Origin: Candidatus Daviesbacteria bacterium
Lineage (GTDB): Bacteria > Patescibacteriota > Microgenomatia > Daviesbacterales > UBA10151
Direction of reading: 5' to 3'
NCBI GenBank assembly: GCA_021731695.1
Contig: JAKFWZ010000070.1
Span: forward strand, 1-61,794
DNA: 61,794 bases
Every line of letters begins with the position of its first letter. The stretch's first letter is position 1. The notes beneath the pieces are model-generated. The model did not search any database. It was not told the DNA's origin and saw only the letters and a program-made list of their open reading frames with translations. Of the stretch, positions 47,044 to 55,985 are shown in pieces. Made by a program: the position numbers and the translations under genes.

Positions 47044-47146
47044 TCATTATGCGGCAACGAAAGGGGTTTTTGTGGCTTTTTTCTGGGCTATAGGACTAAT
47101 TAGTGAAAAGAGGTAAACAGGAAAGGATTGGAAATTATAGGACGCA

Positions 47147-49021
47147 CTATTGGGAAGGATATATGTATTTAGCTCCAATTTCTTCCTGGAACTGTTTCCA
47201 TGCTTCAGGGTTATCTGAATTAGGAAAAGCTCTCTCTAGCGCCAATCTTAGAACTTGTGAACTTCCTACATGAGTTGATCCACCCTTCAGTAACCAGAGA
47301 ACACTGAACATTGCGTTATAGACTAATCCGTCAACTTGAGGTTCTCTATATTTTGTAGTAGTTGCTAGCTCTGCCATTCTTGAAATTTCCGTTGGTCCAA
47401 ATCCATGCTCTAACATATAGGCTCTAGCTCTATATTTTTGCTGTCTGGCACTTTCATGCATCCCTTTGAGCTCTTCAGCTTCAGATGAATGCCTTGTACG
47501 AAGTTCGCCAAAAACAGCATCGGCGCGTTCAGTATCATCATTTTTAACTACTTTACTAATAACTGCTAAGCGAACAAGCTCTTTAAGAGTAGGTTCAGTA
47601 AAATAAATATCTCCTTCCTCTGAAATATCATCATCGGGGTGCCTGCTAGAACGAACACCATAATCTCCTTTTTTTCTTCCCGGGTCATTCATCCTCAATT
47701 CTCTATCTATAGCTTTATCAAGGTTATCTAGCAAAGGTTTATCTCGTCTTATAGTTGAATAGCCAAAACTACGAGCGCTATTTTTAACAAATGATTCAAA
47801 AACCTCTTCAGATTTAAACCACTGTTTAAATCTTTGTAACATCTTTGCGTGTTCAGGATATTCTGTAGCTAGTAATCCTTCAAAATTTTCAAGTCCAGCT
47901 GACTTTGCACGATCCATCAAATCTACTAAGCTAGATGCTTGCTCAACTCTTACGGAGAGGTCTTTTTCTCTATCCCGAGCAAACATTTCATAATGTCGGA
48001 TAGGACTCCTGAGTACCTTTAAATCTGCTGGAGGCATAAACTCTGAACCTCTTAAGTGTGCTTCTTCACGACTAAACCCAGTTGCTTGCTGGAATAAATC
48101 ATGGGTTTGTAATAATGCAGCACTCATTTGTCTTTGGTCTTCAGGGTTAGCTGTGCAGATTGCCATATGATCAAGATATCCGTTACGAGTATCACCTTTG
48201 ACATGTCCATTAGCAAAGCGATCAACGGCTTGTGTGTAATTCCAGCCAATAGCTCGTAAGAAGGCAAAGGTCTTCGCTGCTTTTTCAGATTCTCCAATAA
48301 TCCTTCCTATTGGTACGGTGTCTGCAAGCGTATTTAAATATTCAGCTCTTGCTTCAGTAGGTTCAAATGTGTGATGTTCCAGATTAAAACCGGCATGACC
48401 TATTGCATCCCACATTTGGCGGGCTGCTGAATAGTTCCTAAGATCTTCTTGTAATGATAATGGGTCAGCTTCATGGAGTTTATCAAGATCTGTAACTAAA
48501 AAGCGAAACTGTCCATCTATTTGCTGTCCTTGGATTAAAATGGGACTTCCTGAAGTTGTAGCCTCCACCTCCCAACCTTTAAATCTAAGTAATCTTCCTT
48601 GAGTTCTATCCAAATATTCTTCTACACCATCCTCATACACTAAAAGTCCAGTTAACTCTTTTTTATCTAAAGGCATAGTTAAACCTGTCTGTCTTGCTCG
48701 CTCAGCTAAACCATCCACAACCCGATCTTCCTTAGCTTGATACTTTTCACTCTGCTTTCTTAAATCTAAATCACTCAATAAGACATCTGATATCTCACCC
48801 TGAACCTTAGCGTCTACGCTTGGAATAAAGAAATCTCTTCTTATTGGGTCATCTGATTGAAAATCTGGTAAATATCTTTCTTCTAAGGTGTAGTTATAGT
48901 GACTTCCCCTCATAGACCAGCGTGCCATAGCCACACTTCTATCTTGAGGTGCCCTCAAGGTGCTCTGTATACAAAGCCTTCGTTCTGCAGGTGATAATTC
49001 AGGTGTTCTTGCTGTTGCCAT
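47147..49021 (-). CDS. Large hypothetical protein (island cargo)
   Basis: 624-aa ORF, no recognised motif. Confidence 0.75.
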   Translation of the reverse strand: MATARTPELSPAERRLCIQSTLRAPQDRSVAMARWSMRGSHYNYTLEERYLPDFQSDDPIRRDFFIPSVDAKVQGEISDVLLSDLDLRKQSEKYQAKEDRVVDGLAERARQTGLTMPLDKKELTGLLVYEDGVEEYLDRTQGRLLRFKGWEVEATTSGSPILIQGQQIDGQFRFLVTDLDKLHEADPLSLQEDLRNYSAARQMWDAIGHAGFNLEHHTFEPTEARAEYLNTLADTVPIGRIIGESEKAAKTFAFLRAIGWNYTQAVDRFANGHVKGDTRNGYLDHMAICTANPEDQRQMSAALLQTHDLFQQATGFSREEAHLRGSEFMPPADLKVLRSPIRHYEMFARDREKDLSVRVEQASSLVDLMDRAKSAGLENFEGLLATEYPEHAKMLQRFKQWFKSEEVFESFVKNSARSFGYSTIRRDKPLLDNLDKAIDRELRMNDPGRKKGDYGVRSSRHPDDDISEEGDIYFTEPTLKELVRLAVISKVVKNDDTERADAVFGELRTRHSSEAEELKGMHESARQQKYRARAYMLEHGFGPTEISRMAELATTTKYREPQVDGLVYNAMFSVLWLLKGGSTHVGSSQVLRLALERAFPNSDNPEAWKQFQEEIGAKYIYPSQ

Positions 49022-49096
49022 GGCCGATAGTTTACCACAATAAGTAAATTATTTAAACCTTCTTATTTAGGAGAACCAATTTAGTATACTTCTGTT

Positions 49097-50628
49097 ATGG
49101 ATGAGCCTGAGATAGATATTACAAAGTTAAAGTATGTTTTATATGCCCGTAAAAGTACAACAGATGAGACAAGGCAGGTCCGGTCAATAGGAGATCAAAT
49201 AGATGACTGTCAAAGATTAGCTATAAGACTGGGACTAAAGATTGTGGATACTCTACGAGAGACAAAATCAGCCAAAAAACCAGGCGAAAGACCTATCTTT
49301 ACAAGATGCTATCGGATATAAATAAGGGTGTTTATGACGCAATTCTGGCATGGAACCCAGACCGATTAGCTAGGAATATGCTTGAGGGCGGAAGACTACT
49401 AGATATGATAGATCAGGAACAAATTAAGGATCTAAAATTTGTCACTCATTATTTCACTAAGGATGCTAATGGAAAAATGCTCTTAGGAATGGCATTTGTT
49501 CTAAGTAAACAATACAGTGATGATTTGTCTCAAAAAGTAACTAGGGGTGTAAGAAAGAGTTTTGCTGAAGGAAAATCCCCTATACCTAAACACGGCTACC
49601 TAAATGAGAAAGGAATCTATACTCCTGATGGTAAGAATTTTGAACTTATCTGCGATGCTTGGAAAATGAGGTTAGTTGGGGACTCGTTACAGGAAATAAC
49701 AGATCATCTTAATAGTAACGGTTATTCAAGAATAGTCAAAAAGGATGGTCGGGAAATTGATATGGACACAAAGATACTTACAGATCTCTTCAAAGACCCC
49801 TTTTATTATGGTGTTTTGATTCAGGCAAGGCAGACAGTAGATCTAAGGGATTTATATTCCTTTGAACCCGCTGTATCTGAAGAGGATTACAATCAAATCC
49901 AGGCACAATCAACCCAGAGATCAAAACCCTTAAACACAAATAGAAGGCTAACTTTTTACCCACTTAAAGCGATGGTTAAGTGCTCATTTTGTCATCACAA
50001 TATGGTTGTTGGCCCATCTACCAGTAAAGGAGGAAAGAAGCTATTGTATTACCGGTGTGATAATAAAAACTGCTCCCGTAAGAAAAAATCCATCAGAGCT
50101 AAAATAATATTTAGTTGGATATATCAATTCTTAGAGAATAATTTTAGCCTTACCGAGGAAGACTACGGCAAATACTACGATCACCTAACCTTTTTAAACG
50201 ATTCCTCGCGGCAAAAACTAAAAATAGAGATACATAGTAAACAAGGAAGTCTGAAAAAGATCTCAAGTGAAATGAAGGAATTAGGCTTGCAGGTGGTCAA
50301 AGAGAAGAATCAAGTAGCTAAGGAGGTTGGCGGTAATAAACTAACAGAACTGAAATCTCAAAAAGAAGAATTGGAAAAAGCTCTAAAAACACTTGAGGGT
50401 CAGCTGACAGACCCTGAAAAAACTAAGCTAAGTCTGGAAGAGTTCTTGAACTTTTCTAAGGAAGCTGCTGTAAGAGTCCAAGCTGGTGGTCCTGAACAGA
50501 AGGATATTATTTGTCGTCAAGTATTCTTGAACTTTGTTGTGGATGAAGAGAAAGTATTGTCATACCAGCTTAAACCTGTGTTCAAGAGTATGATAAAAAC
50601 CCGTAATAACCCATCTGGTCGGGGATAA
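49097..50628 (+). pseudogene. Large serine recombinase split by a 1-nt frameshift near 49303
   Basis: YARKSTTDE..Q..S...Q, DRLARN, recombinase domain, CSFC..YYRC Zn ribbon, coiled coil; RPIFT/KMLSD join needs one extra A (tttacaagatg); stop lies within tRNA-Pro. Confidence 0.85.
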
Positions 50629-50691
50629 AGGACTTGAACCTTCGACCTCACGCTCCCAAAGCGCGCGCTCTACCAGCTGAGCTAATCCCCG
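50616..50691 (-). tRNA. tRNA-Pro(TGG), CCA encoded
   Basis: cggggat/atccccg, cgcgc-ttTGGga-gcgtg, T-arm. Confidence 0.96.
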
Positions 50692-50699
50692 AAAACTTG

Positions 50700-50781
50700 T
50701 GCCGCGGGTGGGACTCGAACCCACAAGGCCTAGGGCCATTGGATTTTAAGTCCAACGTGTATACCATTCCACCACTGCGGC
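50700..50781 (-). tRNA. tRNA-Leu(TAA)
   Basis: gccgcag acceptor (one mismatch), ttgga-ctTAAaa-tccaa, long variable arm. Confidence 0.93.
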
Positions 50782-50920
50782 ACGTTTCAACTTCAGACGT
50801 TCGTAGTAGGAAAGACTAATTCCTCCTGGGTTAATTTTATTTTATTTCTGGCTCTGCCAGATAAAATGTATTTAACCCGTTCAAATGTCATTTAGACATT
50901 TGAACCCACTGCGGCACGTT
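50772..50920 (-). repeat. Duplication of tRNA-Leu(TAA) 5' end plus leader (15 nt, 134-bp period) next to a 27-bp palindrome
   Basis: ccactgcggcacgtt at 50772-50786 and 50906-50920; gttcaaatgtc-N5-gacatttgaac abuts the second copy. Confidence 0.7.
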
Positions 50921-51080
50921 GTAGAGTATTTTAACAGGAAACGAAGCAAAGATGAAGCTCGCAGCTTATATTATCCTATAGTTGACATACTTTGCCTCAA
51001 AAAGTACAATTAAAGCCTACGATCCTCAGGGTTGTTTTTAGGCAGAAGTATCTGCCAGAATTAAAAAAGCGGAGGTAATT

Positions 51081-51584
51081 ATGATTGCCAAAATGAAAAA
51101 AACGGAGGAGGCAATGAACACTCTCGAGAAGCTCTCCTTCAAAATAACAAATTTAATAGGAACACCTATTTCAGTAATTGTTCACACCATAGTTTTTGCA
51201 ACCTTTTTTCTGTTAACTTTCTTCGGATACTCTATTGAAAGAGTACTCCTGCTCTTAACGACCGTTTTATCAGTTGAAGCGATTTACTTAGCGCTTTTTA
51301 TTCAGATCACTGTTAATCGAAACACCAGATCTCTTGAGGAAGTTGAGGAGGATATTGAGGAAATTCAGGAAGATGTTGAAGGTTTGGAAGATGATGTTGA
51401 AGAGATTTCAGATGATCTTGAGGATATTCAGGCAGAAGATGTTAAAGCTGATTTAGAAGAAGAGCAGGCAAAAATTTCACTTAAAAATATCGAGGATGAT
51501 TTAGAAAAATTACAACACGATATCAGTGCGTTAAGAAGCAATACGATTACACATCAAAGTTCAAAGAAATATTTAAAAGGATAA
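51081..51584 (+). CDS. DUF1003-like membrane protein with acidic coiled coil
   Basis: LLTTVLSVEAIYLALFIQITVNR followed by EDVEE repeats. Confidence 0.75.
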   Translation: MIAKMKKTEEAMNTLEKLSFKITNLIGTPISVIVHTIVFATFFLLTFFGYSIERVLLLLTTVLSVEAIYLALFIQITVNRNTRSLEEVEEDIEEIQEDVEGLEDDVEEISDDLEDIQAEDVKADLEEEQAKISLKNIEDDLEKLQHDISALRSNTITHQSSKKYLKG

Positions 51585-51648
51585 GAGTCTGACTCCAAAG
51601 GAGTGGCGTATTGTCGCAAGAGTCTAGAGTCTAGTATAATCACAGCGC

Positions 51649-52050
51649 ATGGACAACTGCGTTTTCTGCAAAATAGTTTCAGGAGATATTCCCTCGTTTA
51701 AAGTTCTAGAAGACGAAAATCATTTAGCCTTCCTTTCAGTCGCACCGATAGCTAAAGGTCATACATTGATCATTCCTAAATCGCACTCAGAATATGTTTT
51801 TGATATGGAAGATAATTCACTCGGAGATATGATGAAATTTTCTAAAAAAGTCGCCCCACTTCTATCTAACTCTTTAAAACCAAAAACTGGAAAAATCGGA
51901 ATTATGGTAGCAGGCTTAGAAGTTTCACACACCCACATTCATTTAATTCCTATGGACAAAGAAGGTGATTTAAGTTTTATTAATGCTAAACCTGCTTCAG
52001 AAGATGAATTGGAAGAAACATTAGGAAAAATATTGTCATCCCAGACTTGA
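51649..52050 (+). CDS. HIT-family nucleotide hydrolase
   Basis: CVFCKIV, GHTLIIPK.H, HTHIHLIP. Confidence 0.93.
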   Translation: MDNCVFCKIVSGDIPSFKVLEDENHLAFLSVAPIAKGHTLIIPKSHSEYVFDMEDNSLGDMMKFSKKVAPLLSNSLKPKTGKIGIMVAGLEVSHTHIHLIPMDKEGDLSFINAKPASEDELEETLGKILSSQT

Positions 52051-52068
52051 TCTGGGATCCAGTGAATC

Positions 52069-52207
52069 GTTTAGCGTTAAAGGGTAACGAAGCTCGTATG
52101 GTTTAGCGGTAAGGGGTTGGGTGTTTTTTATACCATCTTCCTGACCTCCTCATGATAAGCAGAGCTTGCAAAGTCATAACCAGCTTCGTAACCGTATAAC
52201 CCTAAAC
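52069..52207 (+). repeat. ~115-bp dispersed repeat, copy 3, with a 25-nt nested insert
   Basis: Core as above; insert ataagcagagcttgcaaagtcataa at 52155-52179. Confidence 0.8.
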
Positions 52208-52217
52208 TAAATATAAA

Positions 52218-53540
52218 ATGAGTAAAACAATAGTTGCTGTTATTGATGCTGGCGGAAGAGGCTCTGCTTTGATTGATGCTTATGCTGCGTCCCCTTTAGT
52301 TGATGAACTTATCGCCATACCTGGAAATGATTTAATGCAGATTAATACTGAGAAACCTGTGCATATTTTTCCTGATCTAAAAACCACCCAAAAGGATGAA
52401 ATTCTAAAAATATGTAAAGACAACTCTGTCAGTTTTATTGACGTAGCGCAGGATAATGCGGTTGAGGCAGGTGTTTCCGATATACTTCGCGATAATAATT
52501 TTAAAGTTGTTGGGGCATCGAAAGAGTCCGGACAACTCGAGTGGGATAAATGTTTTTCAAGGGAATTTATGGTCAAATATAATTTACCTGTTCCTAAATT
52601 CTGGAAGTTTCAAAACAAAGACGAAGCAAAAACATTTATACAGACGCAAACTGAACAACCTTTCGTCATAAAAGCTTCAGGATTGGCCGAAGGAAAAGGC
52701 GTAATAATTGCGCAAACAATCGCGCAAAGCCTTGATGCTGTAGACCAAATGGCAAAATTTGGAACTTCAGGCGAGACCTTTTTAATTGAGGAATTTCTGG
52801 ATGGTGAGGAATTTTCTTCGTATGCAATTTCAGACGGAAATACTTTTCAATATATAGCCTCTGCGCAGGATCACAAAAAAGTTTTCGACGGTGATAAAGG
52901 TTTAAATACAGGCGGAATGGGTTGTTCTGCACCAGCTTTAGTGGTTGATGAGAATATTGAAAAACAAATTATGGAAATTTTTCATGAAACCTTTGAGGGA
53001 CTTAAAAAAGAAAACAAACCATATCATGGAATTCTTTATCTGGGAGGAATTGTTGTTGCAGGTAAAGTTTTTATTATTGAATATAATTGCCGCTGGGGAG
53101 ATCCGGAAGTTGAATGTATTTTACCGGGTATTAAAAATGACTGGTATGAAGTTGGTCTCTCCGTTGCTGAAGGTAAATTAAATGATGAAACTATCGAATA
53201 CGACGGAAAATCAAGAATTGTTGTTGCCGCCGCGTCCAAAGGATATCCTGAGGATTATTCTGCAGTTAAAGGTAGCGAAATAATCGGAATGGATGACTTA
53301 ATCGGAACTCCGAATGTTAAAGTTTACACAGCCGGTGTCAGGAAATCTGACGGAAAATACATTGCAAATGGCGGAAGATTATTTTTCGTTGTTGCAGAAG
53401 GTCATGATGTTATAAAGGCGCGAGATGTTGCATATGACGCGCTTGAAAAAGTTTCGATTCCTAATGGAAATGGTGAAGATTTATTGCATTACAGACATGA
53501 TATAGGTTATCGGGATGTCTTACGCATTAAAAATTCATAG
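52218..53540 (+). CDS. purD: Phosphoribosylamine-glycine ligase
   Basis: VIKASGLAEGKGV, QDHKKVFDGDKGLNTGGMG, IEYNCRWGDPE, GYP, NGGR, YRHDIG. Confidence 0.9.
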   Translation: MSKTIVAVIDAGGRGSALIDAYAASPLVDELIAIPGNDLMQINTEKPVHIFPDLKTTQKDEILKICKDNSVSFIDVAQDNAVEAGVSDILRDNNFKVVGASKESGQLEWDKCFSREFMVKYNLPVPKFWKFQNKDEAKTFIQTQTEQPFVIKASGLAEGKGVIIAQTIAQSLDAVDQMAKFGTSGETFLIEEFLDGEEFSSYAISDGNTFQYIASAQDHKKVFDGDKGLNTGGMGCSAPALVVDENIEKQIMEIFHETFEGLKKENKPYHGILYLGGIVVAGKVFIIEYNCRWGDPEVECILPGIKNDWYEVGLSVAEGKLNDETIEYDGKSRIVVAAASKGYPEDYSAVKGSEIIGMDDLIGTPNVKVYTAGVRKSDGKYIANGGRLFFVVAEGHDVIKARDVAYDALEKVSIPNGNGEDLLHYRHDIGYRDVLRIKNS

Positions 53541-53572
53541 TGGTATATGTAAATAGGGCCTGTAGCAGCAGC

Positions 53573-54133
53573 TTAATCCTCCCCTTTTACCATACCAAAT
53601 TCTTCTAAATTACTTTCCATTTCGAACGAATTATATTTACTAAAATCCATATTTAAGGTTCTTGCGTGTATTAATCCTTGAATTAATTTCCTAGCTCTTA
53701 TTGCTGCTTCCTTCCTTAAATTATCAATTTTTAATTCGATTGGATGACGGTAATTACTGCTGTCTATTACAACTAAACAACCAGTGAGTATAGAAGTATG
53801 GGCTTCAACATATGTGATATTTTCAATTAAAACGCTGTGAATTGATTTTACCCCGAATGCGCCCTTATAAATAAAACTTATTTTATTTTCATCGATAATC
53901 AACTTGTCCGGAAAGAAATCAAAAATTCTTATAGATCTTACTGTTAATAAAACACCGTGGGTGGTGGTTGTAGGTAAGTTGATCGTATCAGGCTTGGGAT
54001 TGCTATCAATTAAATTAATTTCGTAGGGGTTTTGTTGAATGTCTGCTAAATTTACCGGATAAGGTTCTCCAATGTGTTTGGCTATCGGTGGCGGGCCATT
54101 TATGTAAAACCGGATAGATCCCCTATTCAGCAT
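53573..54133 (-). CDS. Hypothetical protein with PH-like domain
   Basis: FPDKLIIDENKISFIYK...SVLIENITYVE pattern. Confidence 0.6.
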   Translation of the reverse strand: MLNRGSIRFYINGPPPIAKHIGEPYPVNLADIQQNPYEINLIDSNPKPDTINLPTTTTHGVLLTVRSIRIFDFFPDKLIIDENKISFIYKGAFGVKSIHSVLIENITYVEAHTSILTGCLVVIDSSNYRHPIELKIDNLRKEAAIRARKLIQGLIHARTLNMDFSKYNSFEMESNLEEFGMVKGED

Positions 54134-54463
54134 AGGAACTTCTTTGTAAACTAGGCCGAGTATATGTTTTTAAATACCCTTTGTCAATTATGACAAAAGA
54201 GATCTTACTATTATTAAATAAGACATTTTTTAAAATTGTTCTTTCGGGAGCAGGTAAAAAAATCTCTTAAACCCGCATTGAACTGCTTTACTAGCAAATT
54301 TTCCAAGCTGAAAAACTAAAACAACTAATAGAGAACGGTATAATGCAAATCTGAGCTTCAATTAAAAGGTTAACCTTGGATTTTCTTGCACTAAAAATGA
54401 GTTACTACGGGCTCCACTTCGCTTTGCCGGCAGTTTTGGACAACCGAGCAGCCGGAGGTTGAC

Positions 54464-54658
54464 TTGCTAGTAAATGATGGCTGGGTTAATGAGGGTATTG
54501 AATTCCATGCGCATACCGGCCCAATAGCAGCATCAAAACCAGTTTATCGTTTATATCTTGATCCAACTACCAGATTTTGGACTATTAGTCAGGCAGAGAT
54601 TAATTTATTAGTAAGTGATGGCTGGGTTAATGAAGGCGTAGTCTTTTATGCTCAATAG
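54464..54658 (+). pseudogene. Fragment of a DUF5648-like repeat surface domain
   Basis: GW..EG..F, PVYRLY, FWTIS..E...L...GW..EG..FYA; no signal peptide or ATG. Confidence 0.55.
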
Positions 54659-54789
54659 ATATCTTGTTAGGTAGATTGTTACAAAAAATGAGTCTCTACA
54701 TACTTCGCTTCGCTAAAGTAAAAAGACTCATTAGCCACAAGATTAATATGTTAAATCAAGCTTTTTATAATTTTTAAAACAACCTGTAG

Positions 54790-54822
54790 CGTCAGGAGCG
54801 GGAGACGCAAATTATTCTGAAC
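54790..54822 (-). repeat. att-like scar of a tRNA-Gly 3' end
   Basis: cgtcaggagcggg equals 61638-61650; gagcgggagacgcaaattattctgaac is 24/27 identical to 60761-60787. Confidence 0.7.
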
Positions 54823-54950
54823 TAATGCTCATTCAATTCTTGGCTCGTTTTACCAAACTGATGGAACTATATCAATCAAAGAAAGAGCAAAAATGAGCCT
54901 CTTTTCTGCTGTTTTGTGGATTTTAAGCCATTTCATGAATCTCTGTCTTC

Positions 54951-54979
54951 TTGACTACTGTATTTATCTGTAATACAAT
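54951..54979 (+). promoter_or_regulatory. Promoter of the second TA pair
   Basis: TTGACT, 17 nt, TACAAT; overlapping tgtaa...ttaca inverted repeat. Confidence 0.65.
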
Positions 54980-54989
54980 TTGTTACAGA

Positions 54990-55211
54990 ATGCAAAGAAG
55001 TATTATAAATTTATCAGTCCCCAAACAAACCGAACTGGAGATATCCCTGATTGCAAAAGAAGAGAATAAAACTAAAAGCGAAATTTTAAGAGATGCCTTC
55101 CGAGTTTATCAACTTCGCAGAAAATGGGCTAGAATAAGGACAATCGGTGAAGAAACTGCAAGAAGAATGGGTATAGAATCATATGATGATGTTGAAAAAA
55201 TAGCCGGCTAA
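54990..55211 (+). CDS. Ribbon-helix-helix antitoxin
   Basis: IINLSVPKQ...IAKEENKTKSEILRDAF. Confidence 0.8.
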   Translation: MQRSIINLSVPKQTELEISLIAKEENKTKSEILRDAFRVYQLRRKWARIRTIGEETARRMGIESYDDVEKIAG

Positions 55212-55636
55212 TGCGTATAGTTCTGGACACTAATGTTTTAATTGCCGCCGCCTTAAGAGGCGGTTTTTCGGAAGATATTTTAACTGCCCTAGTAACTATA
55301 GAGACAGTTTCATTAACCATTTCACATGATATTGTTGAAGAATTATCTCAAAAATTAGAGGATAAATTTAATTGGTCTAAATCTGACATCAATCTATTTA
55401 TTGAATATATTAGCCTGATAAGCCAAAAGGTTGAGATAAGAGAAAAGGTAGCAGTTGTAAAAAGAGATCCAGATGATAATAAAATTTTGGAATGTGCAAT
55501 TGCCAGCAATGCAGATTTAATAGTCAGCATTGATCAAGACCTAATAGATTTAAAAGAATTTCGGGGTATTGGAATAATTCATCCAAAAACACTAACCTGG
55601 ACATTTCCTGAGTACTTTAAAAAATTAAAGAAATGA
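55211..55636 (+). CDS. PIN-family toxin
   Basis: MRIVLDTNVLIAA; RDPDDNKILECAIASNADLIVSIDQDL. Confidence 0.92.
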   Translation: MRIVLDTNVLIAAALRGGFSEDILTALVTIETVSLTISHDIVEELSQKLEDKFNWSKSDINLFIEYISLISQKVEIREKVAVVKRDPDDNKILECAIASNADLIVSIDQDLIDLKEFRGIGIIHPKTLTWTFPEYFKKLKK

Positions 55637-55669
55637 ACTTTTTATGAAAAAGTGATTGAAGTAGGTTAC

Positions 55670-55712
55670 GAAGCTCCACGGGCTTACGCTCGTGGTTTTA
55701 AGATTTGTTGCT
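55670..55712 (-). mobile_element. Internally deleted IS200/IS605-type mini-element (hairpin-to-hairpin fusion)
   Basis: gaagctccacgggcttacg joined to ctcgtggttttaagatttgttgct; TTAT flank retained. Confidence 0.8.
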
Positions 55713-55985
55713 ATAAACTTGATGGCTAGCAGGGAAATAATATTTACTCCTTAATAATACTTTCTGAAACCAAAATGTATTAAGAGAGGGTGAGCGTATT
55801 CGAGGCGGACTCCAAAGCTTATTCAATGATAGCTACGAAGAAGCAAAGTTACTAGCTCGGCAACTTGAGTTACTTAACAATCAGACAGGAATACAATTTA
55901 AACACACTTAGGAGATTTACAACACAAATGCAATGTTGACAAACACCTATAAACTGAACTACTAATAAGCTAGTATCAGATATAG

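Larger units (their letters stand above)
45400..50628. mobile_element. Genomic island at tRNA-Pro(TGG); left end approximate
   Basis: Recombinase reads into the tRNA 3' end; cargo is HEPN plus orphans; no exact direct repeat found at the left end. Confidence 0.6.

Noticed and set aside
49270-49310. Programmed -1 frameshift in the serine recombinase
   Set aside because: No in-frame slippery heptamer at the required junction. A shift at the upstream A6 run would destroy the conserved RPxF motif.
50634-50819. 61-aa ORF (also 3278-3538 and 3445-3669)
   Set aside because: These frames are read-throughs of tRNA genes and their scars, with typical tRNA-antisense peptides such as GLEPPRL and GWDSNPQ.
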